From assembly GCF_001194135.2 (NCBI RefSeq), contig NC_068985.1:67391038-67426502 (forward strand): a stretch of DNA of 35,465 bases. Reading direction: 5' to 3'. The position numbers and the translations under genes were made by a program. The notes beneath the pieces were generated by a model. It saw nothing but the letters and a program-made list of their open reading frames with translations. It ran no database searches and was not told the DNA's origin. This DNA is from Octopus bimaculoides. Its lineage: Eukaryota. Below, in pieces: positions 24,387 to 35,465 of the stretch; position 1 is the first letter of the stretch; each line of letters begins with the position of its first letter.

Positions 24387-25144
24387 TAATTAAAAAATTA
24401 TGTATTCTTAAGAATTATGTATTTTTGTTGTCTACGTAAATGTATTTTTGTGTGGCTTATCCACATATGTAGAAATATGTGTCTATGCATGTATACACAC
24501 ACAAACACACACACACACACATACACACACATGTGCTTTCTGAATAAATGTATATGTATGTATGTATATATATATATACATAAACGCATATGTAAATTAA
24601 GGATTTCCTCAAAACAAAGCATGTGAGACTGTTTATAGTCTCAGCATTTGTATAGTTTTTTTAAGAAATGGTATTATTAGTTACATAATGCCAATAACAT
24701 ACGTAAGACTTAATGTGAAATCGTCAGACATGTATGTGTTAGACATTACATTGCTGGATTGATCAGATCACAGTATTTACTAATCTGAAGGTGGCGTGCG
24801 ACTGTTACAGAAATGTTAATGAAAAAATGACATATGGATGTTAGAGTGAGAAAATTAATACATAAGAGAATATGGCGAGATAACTAGTAGAAGGAATATG
24901 CTTGGAATGTTTATGAAATAGATGTGACTATTTCGTATATGAGAGTTTTATTGTTTCTTCTTATCCATTGTATTCCTTTGATGTTTCTTATGCTTACAAA
25001 CATCAGAAGAAGAAGCGTACACTTGTTGGGTACATTATTTTGTACTGTAGGATGTATTTGTTGTCTTACAGAACATTCTTTTATAGAACAGATAGTCAAC
25101 CTATATTGGTAGGTTCTTACACTCATGGTAACACACACGCACAC

Positions 25145-25202
<58 letters not shown>

Positions 25203-26839
25203 TTCCAAGTGAACAAGTATGCATATATCATGATGCATTTATGGAATAATTTTGAAAAGTTTCAGTTTGGATGACGGGCAATTATCACAAACGTTCGTTA
25301 TCGGTAGCTATTACACGGATTTGTTTTAAAAATAAGGGTAAAGTTCAATCAGAATATTTGGAAATGTACCAAATGTCTTTGCAAATATGTGCATTATTGT
25401 TTATGTTGCGTTTCTAAATTCCTTCATTGATGCCGCTGCTAGGAGAAAACACATTGGTAGTTTTCGGCAAAACAACCTCGCTCCTATATGGGCGTATTGA
25501 CAATTATATTAGGCCTTTACCTTTGTTATAATAATTTATTCGACTAACAGAATAAAAGTGTTCATACTCTAAGCGATATTCTCAAGTAAAAAAACAATAA
25601 GTAGTTTAGAATGATAATAGTCTATTGCAATTATAATCTAAGCTGGTAAGGTTGATCAATACAACGTACATAACAATATCTACGACAGGCGAACGGACTT
25701 ATTGCCATAAAATATGATATCCATCTTTGATCCAAATGAATGCTCCTTAAAGATCGTTCCATCCATTGATCGACCGATCCATCCATCCATCCATCCATCC
25801 ATCCATCTATCCATCCATCCATCTCTCTGTCTCTTTCTCTCTGTCTATCTGTCTCTATCTCTCTATCTGTCTATCCACTTATCTGTATAACTATTTATCC
25901 ATTTATCTATTTTTCTTTCTTCTTTCGTAGCTGCTAAGACCTATCTTTCCCTCCTGCCTCCGTTTATCTCTTTCTCTCACTTTCGCTGATTTCCCCTCTA
26001 GTACTTGATATTTTATTCATCGGAATTATAATTGGTCTTATGTCATTCCAATTATCTACGTACATCTGGTCGTCAACCCTAAAACCTTCAAACTCCTGAT
26101 TTTACACACATTATTTACATTACTTTTTCTCTCATCAAAATATCTCTGTCTACAAATCATTCCCATCATTTTTTTATCTTTGAGCTACCAAGTAGATCCT
26201 GTTTAAGCGTGACGCTAACGGCATCAGTTATATTCCATTCCAAAACACCAAAAACAACCTAAATTAATTATATAGCAATTAATTAATGCTGCACTAAACT
26301 GTGTTTCGTTAATAAATTTAAATGTAACGTAAACGTTTTAAAAACACTTATTAATTAGCAAGGCCATGGAAAGTAAACAGATGTTATCAAAACTGCAACA
26401 TCAAGGACCATAATTAGCCATTCCTCCAACTATTTATTATAAGAAACTGCATTTGCCGATAGGATGAAATTTTAAATGACTTATATATGTCTTTCAATCT
26501 TTAGTTTTCAGTTAAATTAGCATTAGGCTGTCTCTTCAGTTGGTTAATCGTTGGATTTTCGTGTATTTGCGATGGATATACATAAAGAAACATTATATCA
26601 ATACAATTTTACACCCCTCTAAAAATGGCTGGGCGTATTTTCCTCATATAGTAAAGATATTTCGATATTATAGAAATCCAGATGACAAACGTATGCATTC
26701 AGATTTTGTCAACATGAAAATGACATGTAGCGACTAACTCTGAGTAGTGAAAATTAAAATCCTCATATTTAACGAAACACATTTCCCTCCATCCCTCTCT
26801 TACTATGAGTATGCATACATGCATATAAATCTCTCTCTC

Positions 26840-26879
<40 letters not shown>

Positions 26880-27369
26880 TATCAGAGAGAGAGAGGGGGA
26901 GATGTGTGTGTATATATGTGTATATGTCATCGACCATTACTAGATCTCATGTAAAATCCATATTTTTCATCCGATTTCGTTCATCACTTGACAAGTACAT
27001 CACTTATGTTTCACAGATGACGCAGCATCACTTATAGAGTGATATAAAGATATGGGGCTTTTAAAGTCAGAAGCTCTGTACTTTGCGAAGCGCCGTCAGA
27101 AATTGTCTTCCTTACACCGAACGTAACAGTCAGATTTTTCTCCCTTACACAGCAAACATCAACAAAGGTCATAACCAGGAATTTCGGTTGACAATCGTTG
27201 AGTCGTTTCCCACAGCAAGATGCTCTGCAAAGCATTTCATGCACACGTCGAGTTAGAATACAACAACGAAAACACGACCGGTCTCCACAGTTGGATCCAG
27301 CCGTGTAAAAAGGTGACATAATTGTACACGTCTACACAGTTCATTCCCTGAACTCCGAATGCTTTTCAA

Positions 27370-28345
27370 TGTATCACATCAAGAAAACCCAACGAGACGA
27401 AGCGAAAAAGTACAAACTCATTGTTTGGGATGAAACAACTATGTCCCATAAATGTTCCCTACATGTACTTGATACCACAATGAGGGACATTTGGAGGTGA
27501 CACTCTAGTACTTGCAGGAAATTTTCGACAAAGTCTGCCTTTAAACACCCGCTGGTAAACTTAAAGCCTACCTTAAAAAAATCTTGCCTTCCTTCAATCA
27601 GACTGGTCAGCCTACAACCCACTTTTCGGAAATGTTCCTTAAAACCGGCAATCGACAAATTACGTCAGACAACAATGGACGGATACATTGACACTACCAC
27701 CATTGGCCACACTGTCTTCAGCCCTAATGTTCTGCTGTCTGCGCAAATCTTACAATGGAATACATAAAACGAAATTGGCTTCGCGACAGGGCTGTTTTTG
27801 CTACTCCAAATGCAGCACTCAACACTCTTAACTACGACTTACTCAGCCAGCTACAATCTCAAGAACGCTGTTATAGATCAGTCGACACAGTTACCGACCT
27901 CGATTAGGTTACATACCTTCCAACAGAATTTTCTCAACTCTCAAGATCCCCTAAGACTCCTTCCCCATGAACTTCACTTAAAAGTCGGTTGCCCTGTCAT
28001 TCTCCTGCGCAATCTAAACGCACCCACACCAAACAATGGAACTCGTCTTGTGGTCAAACAAATGATGGACCACGTCATTGAAGTCCACATTATCACGGGA
28101 CGTGGCAAAAACAATACCGTTTCCGTTCCGAAAATTCCGTTAATTCTATGCAGGGACTTCAGTTATCATGAGAATTAACAAAGCAGAAGGTTAGTCGCTC
28201 AAAAGTGTCGGATTGGACCTTCAAATATCGTGCTTTTCACATGGACAGATCTACTTCGGTTGTTCCAGAGGTGGCCATCCAAACAACTTATTCATCTATG
28301 ATCTCGAAGGAAAAACAAAACAATGTCGTTTACAATACAGCCCCA
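27370..28345 (+). mobile_element. Helitron PIF1-like helicase fragment (pseudogenised)
   Basis: KLIVWDETTMSHK...GGDTLVLAGNFRQSLP; LPHELHLKVGCPVILLRNLN...NGTRLVV...PKIPLI; INKAEG*SL...GLDL...CFSHGQIYFGCSR. Termini not identified. Confidence 0.92.
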
Positions 28346-28885
28346 CATTAGTTATTCCTCAACTGCATTCTTCATATCTACGCCAAAATGTAGCCATTAG
28401 CAATTAAACTTCCTGCAAGCATTTCATTGATATTTTACCTTCCTTTCCCTCATTGCTGTTAACAGTACATTACCTTAAATGACCCTTTTTACTTCACGCA
28501 CGTTATTCGCTCATAAGCATGCTCTGACACTTATTTTTGTACATGCCATTATTCTATTTGCTTGTTTGCTATAAATGGTTGCTTTTCTTTATCATACATG
28601 ACTTTCATAGACAAAAGCTTCAATGCGGTTGTTTCAAGCATTACGAGAAAAATAAGTACATGATACAAAACTCTTCAAGTAAGATATAGGATCCCTAATG
28701 CCTACTGCAATTGCGATCTCATTTCATGGATTTTCATTTCTTAATACCATATCATGGACTGATAAGTAAAATGGTAAATTACATTTTACGCTTATCAATT
28801 TGAAACGACTTCTAACTGAGGGCAAATTCAACTTAAACTGTCCACAGGAGTGCACCATTATAATAAATGACACCGTCCAAAGTAC

Positions 28886-29456
28886 NNNNNNNNNNNNNNN
28901 NNNNNNNNNNNNNNNNNNNNNNNNNNNNNNNNNNNNNNNNNNNNNNNNNNNNNNNNNNNNNNNNNNNNNNNNNNNNNNNNNNNNNNNNNNNNNNNNNNNN
29001 NNNNNNNNNNNNNNNNNNNNNNNNNNNNNNNNNNNNNNNNNNNNNNNNNNNNNNNNNNNNNNNNNNNNNNNNNNNNNNNNNNNNNNNNNNNNNNNNNNNN
29101 NNNNNNNNNNNNNNNNNNNNNNNNNNNNNNNNNNNNNNNNNNNNNNNNNNNNNNNNNNNNNNNNNNNNNNNNNNNNNNNNNNNNNNNNNNNNNNNNNNNN
29201 NNNNNNNNNNNNNNNNNNNNNNNNNNNNNNNNNNNNNNNNNNNNNNNNNNNNNNNNNNNNNNNNNNNNNNNNNNNNNNNNNNNNNNNNNNNNNNNNNNNN
29301 NNNNNNNNNNNNNNNNNNNNNNNNNNNNNNNNNNNNNNNNNNNNNNNNNNNNNNNNNNNNNNNNNNNNNNNNNNNNNNNNNNNNNNNNNNNNNNNNNNNN
29401 NNNNNNNNNNNNNNNNNNNNNNNNNNNNNNNNNNNNNNNNNNNNNNNNNNNNNNNN
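28886..29456. other. Assembly gap (N)
   Basis: Run of N. Confidence 1.
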
Positions 29457-29770
<314 letters not shown>

Positions 29771-29773
29771 ATA

Positions 29774-30000
29774 CAAGAGTTACGGAATGGAGTATGGGAA
29801 ATCCGGGCTACATATGTTTCAAAGCGAATGGAACCTCAGAAGTGGTAACAACCAACTGTGGTGTATACCGCTGGCTACACTTCAGGCCAAGAGTATCTTG
29901 ATTAGATTAAAGGCTACATTGTCACAAAGAAGTACATGTTGGCGCAAAGATTCAATCAGAATGTTGCCCGGATTTCCAATACCCCATTCCGTAACTCTTG
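29774..30000. mobile_element. 227-bp MITE, ~40-bp TIRs, TA TSD (Tc1/mariner-type)
   Basis: TA|caagagttacggaatggagtatgggaaatccgggctaca ... tgttgcccggatttccaataccccattccgtaactcttg|TA; three TIR mismatches. Confidence 0.9.
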
Positions 30001-30002
30001 TA

Positions 30003-30020
30003 TATCTATATCTATCTATC

Positions 30021-30051
<31 letters not shown>

Positions 30052-30125
30052 CGATCTATCGATCTATCGATCTAACTGTGTATGTATGTATGTATGTATG
30101 TTCGTATGTATGTATGTACGTATGT
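30003..30125. repeat. (ATCT)n/(ATGT)n microsatellite
   Basis: Direct inspection. Confidence 0.9.
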
Positions 30126-32199
30126 AGTTTTATATGTCCACAACATATTCAACATGCAAACACTCTCAAGCTGTTTCACAGCTGAAAGCGCGAACTGAAC
30201 TCATCAACATAAGACAAAATTACTCCTTAACAAACATTCGATATTTACTTGTATTCTTCATGTCCTATTCTATACATTACTCAAATTCAGAATATGAATA
30301 AGTAAATTATATTCTTGACACATGATAGTAATTCAATTTTCAAGCACTACTTAATTCTTGTACGCAGCCTATTTCTATCCCGAACTGCATTTCTGTAATG
30401 TTTCTATTCCCATAAATTCCTTATAGCAGTGAATTGCTTGAGAGTTTCACAAAAGACTAGACTTAACTTGATTTCATGAGACACAGGCATGAACAATAGT
30501 AGTTGCTATTACCAATATTCTTGTATAGAACTCTTACAAAAGTGAAGCCAAAAATAAAAGGAAAGAAAATCGTATTATAAGAAAAGAGGGAATGGAGAGT
30601 CTTTTCAGAATAGCAATAAATATCTCACGATGAAAATTCCTTTCGTTTGTTCGCAAGGATTGCTTGTCAGAAAAGATCTGCTCAATTTAGAGAAAGGAAA
30701 GTATGCAACTCATTCTTCGATTGGAAATGCCGATGTACATCACTGGTCTTTTATACCGATAAAAGTAACTGGTGGCAAGAATGCATTCTAAATGACCAAG
30801 CAAACAAAAGAAGATGAAACTTTATTCAGAAAAAATCTAATAATTGCCGATTTATTCATGAGAGACACGTTTGAGCGTAGCGTTTATTCATAGTATTTAG
30901 TAAGGATGATTATATATCGTTGTTTGTCTGCGTGTACACATCAAGATGAAATTGATTGCTATGAAGCATCTGAGAATATATTAGTTGCCGCAGATTGAGC
31001 ATGAATGTTTCCGAAAATACGAAATACACATCTCGTAGGTTAGTCAAATAATTAGAAAAAAATGACATTAAGGCTTCGCAAAGAAATTCGATATATAAAG
31101 AGAGGAGTTATGCATTAATCCGTGTAATATCATAAGCACACAACGCAGTAGATCATGCTGAATTATGTAATTTTTTTATAGATATTTTAATGTCTGTGAA
31201 CACTCGCCCTTCTGTGTATTTAAATTTCAGTCATTAAATTAATATTTTAAGATTAAATTGCGTTTTCATAAATAAATTCCCATGAAGAAATATACTGAGA
31301 ATATTCAATCGATATATTAATACTTTTATTTACGTAATTTCATGAAATAGCTGTTCAAATTCAGAAATATTTTACAGCTATGATTTGACTACAATACATT
31401 CTATATTTTGTGCCAGTGGACATTGACGCTATATATAGGTGTTAGTTTTTCATCTATTCCACGTTTCAAAATATACAAATATAGTTCACTTAAATAGATT
31501 TATTTCCATGTTTCTTTTCTGATTTTGTAATATTTTTACTTCATTTTTAAAATATTCGCATTTAGAAGAGAATATATCATTTATGTGTGACTAAAAATGT
31601 CATAATTTACTATAAATGATAATATTAAAAGTTTAGCTTTGGAAGTTTCTCTTTTGTGTGAATGAATGAATGAATGAATGAATGCATGTTATACCATACT
31701 TAGAAAATTGACAGCTTTTCTATGATATATAATAAAAGGACATTCAAATATCTGTAAAAAAAACGATACGTATATTTTATCTGCAAGAACCGAGTATAAA
31801 ACTACTTTTGTAAATATTTTTCATGTTCGCCAATGGATGCATTCTCCTGACATATGAACGTTGGTAAAGTCAAGTGAAACCTCATGTACAAGTCATTATC
31901 CTGTAACTTGGATACGTGTCTTGGCCTACAATAAAGAGATCAACCGTTTGTAATATGAATGATAGCAGATACATGAAAATTGTGTGACTTCCCTAGAGAT
32001 GGTCTGTACTTCAGTATGTGACGAATTAAGACTGCGCTATACAATATAATATCCTGAGTGTGCACGAGCGTTATGTCAAATGTACAGAAGTCTAGCAATC
32101 AGTTATAGACATGTTAATAAGGCATTTAAGTTCATAGAACAAATGGACTAGCAACGCAGATACAAATGTAGACACACTTCACTACATCGGAATTAAGTT

Positions 32200-33200
32200 A
32201 TAAAGGCACTGGTGGTCGAATGTACAGAAGTTGTATATATATTCATCAGCAGTCTAATAGAACTACATCAATATTTCTCACTGGCTAATAATTTTTTCAT
32301 AGAGAGCTCTGTTATATTATTGCTTTTAATTAGATATTTGACGTTGGAGACATCATTTCAATAGACATGGAATCTCCAGATAAATTGTACAGGGAGTCGT
32401 AATATTCCCTATCCTGCTACTGAATAAGTACCTCAATTGTGTATACCTCCTATTAATGTTATTGGCTTTTTTGCCAGCGTAGTGTTTTGTAATGCTTTCG
32501 AATGGTACGTGGGTAACCCTGTAGAGAGGCAGAATCTTCCCAATAAATAGTTGGTAGGATCACGCCAATTACAAGCTGGGATATATGGTTGCAGGTTATG
32601 TAGCATGTTTGAAACGATGTTGTCTAGGTAGGCGTAACAGACTTTGACACTGAGGGACTGAATATTTTATAATACCAATGAGTTCTATGGAAATATGTTA
32701 TCTATTTGGCCCAGGAAATTTCTCGCAATGTTATTGAAACTTCTAGACTGAATGGTGGATTCAATCAAATAATTTTCTTCTTTAACACACTCATCCGCTT
32801 TGATGGTGTGAGTAGCAGTGTACTCTCTGCATATTTATTAGTAAAGTTATTGCTCACTAATACTTTGTTGTAGTAAAGAACGGTTTTGATGAATATCGCA
32901 AACTTCTGATAGATAAGATATTCTTCTAATTATGCATGTAACTACGTTTCTAATTGCACTTACTGTCTAGCTGGAATTTCCCCGTTGTGTATTCTGTTAG
33001 AGTTTTACTTGCTTGTTTTCAAGTCTAGGGTTATGCCCAGAAATCAGGCATTTGTCAAGATGGCGGTAAGTGCTAGCTAGCCAGGATTCATCAAAAATCG
33101 TTATCATTTCCTACTTGAATTTGTGCATATCTAGGCCTTTCATATGCCTCGAGATTGTCAGACAACCATCTCTATTCAGATCCGAAATGTAGAAAGTGTC
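32200..33200 (-). mobile_element. Old Penelope/Poseidon-type PLE fragment
   Basis: GLYRDDG-like remnant (~33165-33185); FLGITLDL; KII*LNPPFSLEV...ARNFLGQID..FP...VKVCY..LDN...CNWR...GRFCLS; broken HHR (actg CTGATGA...cagt) at 32208-32253. Confidence 0.75.
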
Positions 33201-33319
33201 TGCTTGCTTAGATAAAACGAGAACATAGAAAACAACAAAAAAAAACCCATAGAAAACAAACTTTTTCTGAACAACGAAGAAACAAATAGAGAAACAAGAC
33301 AGGCAACATAAAGAACATT

Positions 33320-33376
33320 CCCGTCATCAGTTGTCCCCTCTTTTATCTATTCCGCGTTTCGAAGGGACAAGACGCG
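33320..33376 (-). ncRNA. Hammerhead-like motif with non-canonical strand order
   Basis: cgcg TC ttgtccc ttc GAAA cgcg (15 nt) gggacaa CTGATGA cggg. Confidence 0.5.
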
Positions 33377-34154
33377 ATTAAGCCAAGACGATGTGAAGTA
33401 GTGAAAGGTGGAAAAACGAGCTTTGAGAAGAAACAGGCAAAAGCATGTCTTGTCTTTAGGAAGGAAGTGGAAGAAAGGAAGATGGATAGCCGTTGGTCAC
33501 GTGTGAGCAGTGAGAGAGTGAAGGAGGAAGAGTGAGTGAGAGAGAGAGAGGGAACAGTGAAGGGGCGAGGAGAAGAATAGAGAAAGGGCGGGAGAGAAGA
33601 AAACAGAAAGGAAGAAGAACAAGAGAGGGAGATACATAGAAAGAATTGAGAGGGACAGAGTGTGCATCGGAATTATAAAGATAAAACTTATTTGAAAACG
33701 GATGCGTTCGACCATATATATATATATATATATATAATATAAATAATATATAAATATATGCATATATGCATACATATATGTACATACCTACATATATATG
33801 TATATATACATGCATATATGGGTACAGGACATAACAAAATGTCAGCAAAACGAGAAACGAGAACATAAAAAACAAAAACATAGAAAACGAACTTTTTGGA
33901 ACAACGGAAGAAACAAATAGAGCAGCGAGAGAGGCAACATAAAGAACATTCCATTCATCATTTGTCTCTTGCTTTTGCCTGTCTCTTCCCAAAGCGCGTT
34001 TTTCCAGCGTTCACCACTTTACATCGTCTTGGCTTAAAAGCCATCACCATTTCTTTTTACTGTTTTGTTCTTACTGTCCTGTTACCACTTTAACCCTCTG
34101 CAACAAATCTCAAATTATATTTAATTTGCTTTGCGGGAAGGATTCTAACGAAGT

Positions 34155-34215
34155 CGCGTATTGTCTCTACCTTCGAAACGCAGAGTATATAAAACTTGGG
34201 ACAACTGATGAAGGG
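34155..34215 (+). ncRNA. Hammerhead-like motif with non-canonical strand order
   Basis: cgcg TA ttgtctc tacc ttc GAAA cgca (15 nt) gggacaa CTGATGA aggg. Confidence 0.5.
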
Positions 34216-34434
34216 AAAGTTCTTTATGTTGCCTGTCTCGTTTCTCTATTTGTTTCTTTCGTTGCTCGAAAAAAAGTTCGTTTTTCTATGTTTCTGTTTT
34301 TTTATGTTCTCGTTTCACATTTTTGTTGTCGTTTTTTTGTTGTTGTCCTGTACCCATATATGCATGTGTATATACGTATGTATGTAGGTATGTACATATA
34401 TGTATGTATATATGCATATATTTTCTATATTATT

Positions 34435-34439
<5 letters not shown>

Positions 34440-34491
<52 letters not shown>

Positions 34492-34535
34492 TATATATAT
34501 ATGCACATTAATAAATACATACATACATACACACA

Positions 34536-34572
<37 letters not shown>
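34440..34572. repeat. (TA)n-dominated microsatellite
   Basis: Direct inspection; similar (TA)n tracts at ~6184-6218, 16700-16760, 20987-21040, 25155-25200 and 35325-35465. Confidence 0.9.
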
Positions 34573-34574
<2 letters not shown>

Positions 34575-35324
34575 TCGTTATATTCATCATTGTTATTTTC
34601 TCGAATGAATATTTGGGGTAAAGTTGCCTAGTACATTATTGCATTTTCCCAAGAACATTGTAATCAGATTTCACTTACGATAATTCCAGCTCCATTTTAT
34701 TATTATACACCAGAAAAGATTTCATCCGTATGGCGAATTATTTTTGTAAATATAGGCCATTATATATGCGAGTGACATTATTCGTATGTTTAAAATAGAA
34801 CCACTTCTTATTTCCGTAGAAGCTTACTGACAATTTTATTATTCATTCCTACTTAACATTAATCGAGAGCTTTTTGATGGAATATATACGAATTTACACT
34901 TTGAATTCTGAAAAATTATTGAACAGATTGTCTTGTTATATGCAATATTTGCATTTATAACTGGAATAACTTGACTCTTAATACATTTTAAAAGGTTTTT
35001 GATATCGGCTAGTATGAGCTTGTGTGAATAAAGTTTGAATTGACGTTTTATATTTATGAATATTTCCTACATAATAACTGCTATACTAAATATATCCTAA
35101 TTCAAGCAATTCTTAAGAAATATACTCGGTATGTAGATAACGATTCATATTTTCCAATTTAGAAATGTAATGGTTACCAATGTCCCACCACTTATTTTAA
35201 TAAGACATTTTCTTTCCAAGTAACAAAATCCTTCATACCTCCGAAGATATATATCAATCAAGCAACACTCGATCATAAGTATAGAAGACATGATAGAATT
35301 ACATTTTTAGAAGTTATACACACA

Positions 35325-35360
<36 letters not shown>

Positions 35361-35429
35361 AAGTGAGAGAAAGATAGACGGGGAGACAGAGAAGGAGAGC
35401 GAGAAGTGAAATAGATAGACTTTTGCATT

Positions 35430-35465
<36 letters not shown>

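Larger units (their letters stand above)
33211..34480. mobile_element. Tandem-plus-inverted array of a pseudo-LTR-like repeat (minus 33211-33710, minus partial 33711-33965, plus 33965-34480)
   Basis: 33211-33376 and 33711-33960 are reverse complements of parts of 34155-34480; 33965-34038 is the reverse complement of ~33378-33450. Contains HHR core pieces. Confidence 0.85.

Noticed and set aside
28345-28560. Helitron 3' terminal hairpin plus CTRR
   Set aside because: No convincing GC-rich hairpin followed by CTRR was found, so element ends are left undefined.

Overview
AT-rich, microsatellite-rich metazoan DNA with four assembly gaps (391-1171, 4643-5258, 24033-24226, 28886-29456). The SINE families and repeat style suggest an octopus (coleoid cephalopod) intron or intergenic region; this is recall-based inference, not a database match. 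I recognise no intact host gene, only a few weak candidate exons. Nearly all interpretable sequence is decayed transposable elements: five R4/Dong-type RLE-LINE fragments, a very old CR1-like LINE, tRNA-derived SINEs, two Tc1/mariner relics, a MITE, a Helitron PIF1-helicase fragment and several Penelope-like elements (PLEs). The most interesting signal is at the RNA level: at least eight hammerhead-ribozyme (HHR) core motifs of varying integrity, from several unrelated repeat families. Two stand out. (1) A tRNA-headed, (AAT)n-centred SINE carrying a minimal type I HHR, with a 16-bp target-site duplication and a second copy in the window. (2) A repeat present twice in which the three HHR strands lie in an order matching none of types I/II/III, which would require a pseudoknotted fold. 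All folds and alignments were done by eye and need computational and experimental checking.
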